Of a stretch of DNA of 28,996 bases, positions 28,808 through 28,996 are shown piece by piece. The stretch comes from Candidatus Rifleibacterium amylolyticum (lineage in GTDB: Bacteria; Muiribacteriota; Ozemobacteria; Ozemobacterales; Ozemobacteraceae), in contig JAACJG010000011.1 of NCBI GenBank assembly GCA_009917695.1, positions 1-28,996 on the forward strand, written 5' to 3'. Position numbers and translations under genes: made by a program. The first letter of the stretch is position 1. Every line of letters starts with the position of its first letter. Below the pieces are notes generated by a model. That model searched no databases and was not told where the DNA came from. It saw only the letters and a list, made by a program, of their open reading frames with translations.

Positions 28808-28996
28808 TTAACAACAATCAACAGTCTATCTGTGATTATATTGTCAATTTTGATCATATTCCAGCCCTTACAGAATGGTGTTACCGAAGAAAGTAGGTAT
28901 TGTAACTGCTTTCAGATTTTTCTTTTCTGTTTGGCGGCATGAGTTTATATTGAAACATCGAATGGTCACCAAGAGCAACAGCATAATAGTGAACTG

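Noticed and set aside
1-28996. CRISPR arrays, tandem repeats, tRNA/rRNA genes
   Set aside because: A visual scan of all intergenic regions found no repeat-spacer periodicity or tRNA cloverleaf-like sequence. The regions scanned were 1083-1262, 5013-5203, 17171-17455, 21896-22048, 23276-23421, 24874-24943, 26693-26759 and 28808-28996. All intergenic space is accounted for by promoters and terminators.

Overview
This is a bacterial chromosomal segment of roughly 50% GC containing about 24 genes, and none of them is a recognisable defense system. Features in window order:

- **Left edge:** the 5' end of an IS630-like transposase on the - strand abuts an N-terminally truncated hybrid histidine-kinase fragment (HATPase_c + REC).
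- **glnN:** a monocistronic type III glutamine synthetase gene, closed by a bidirectional terminator shared with a convergent membrane GAF-class III adenylate cyclase.
- **Small genes:** a DUF2179/UPF0316 membrane protein.
- **C1/glycine operon:** a 10-gene - strand operon of about 11.4 kb in the order folD, class-V aminotransferase, fhs, gcvT, glyA, gcvH, gcvPA, gcvPB, cca and a small membrane protein. It forms a compact formate–THF–glycine–serine module consistent with a reductive glycine pathway or oxidative glycine-to-formate pathway.
- **Divergent pair:** a leaderless cytoplasmic 'periplasmic-binding-protein' fold protein is translationally coupled to a DUF1848 protein carrying a C-terminal CX3CX2C radical-SAM-like motif.
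- **Secreted-protease island:** a C11 clostripain-like peptidase plus a glycine-zipper secreted protein, an archaeal-type Zn-ribbon threonine synthase, and a divergent S8 subtilase.
- **Cyclic-nucleotide module:** a 2TM K+ channel (TVGYGD) with RCK domains is co-transcribed with a stand-alone cNMP-binding protein.
- **Right edge:** a TPR + PEGA protein and a small membrane protein.

The two most interesting items are the C1/glycine operon and the PBP-fold + DUF1848 pair. Several long antisense ORFs over the GC-rich gcv/glyA genes are artefacts.
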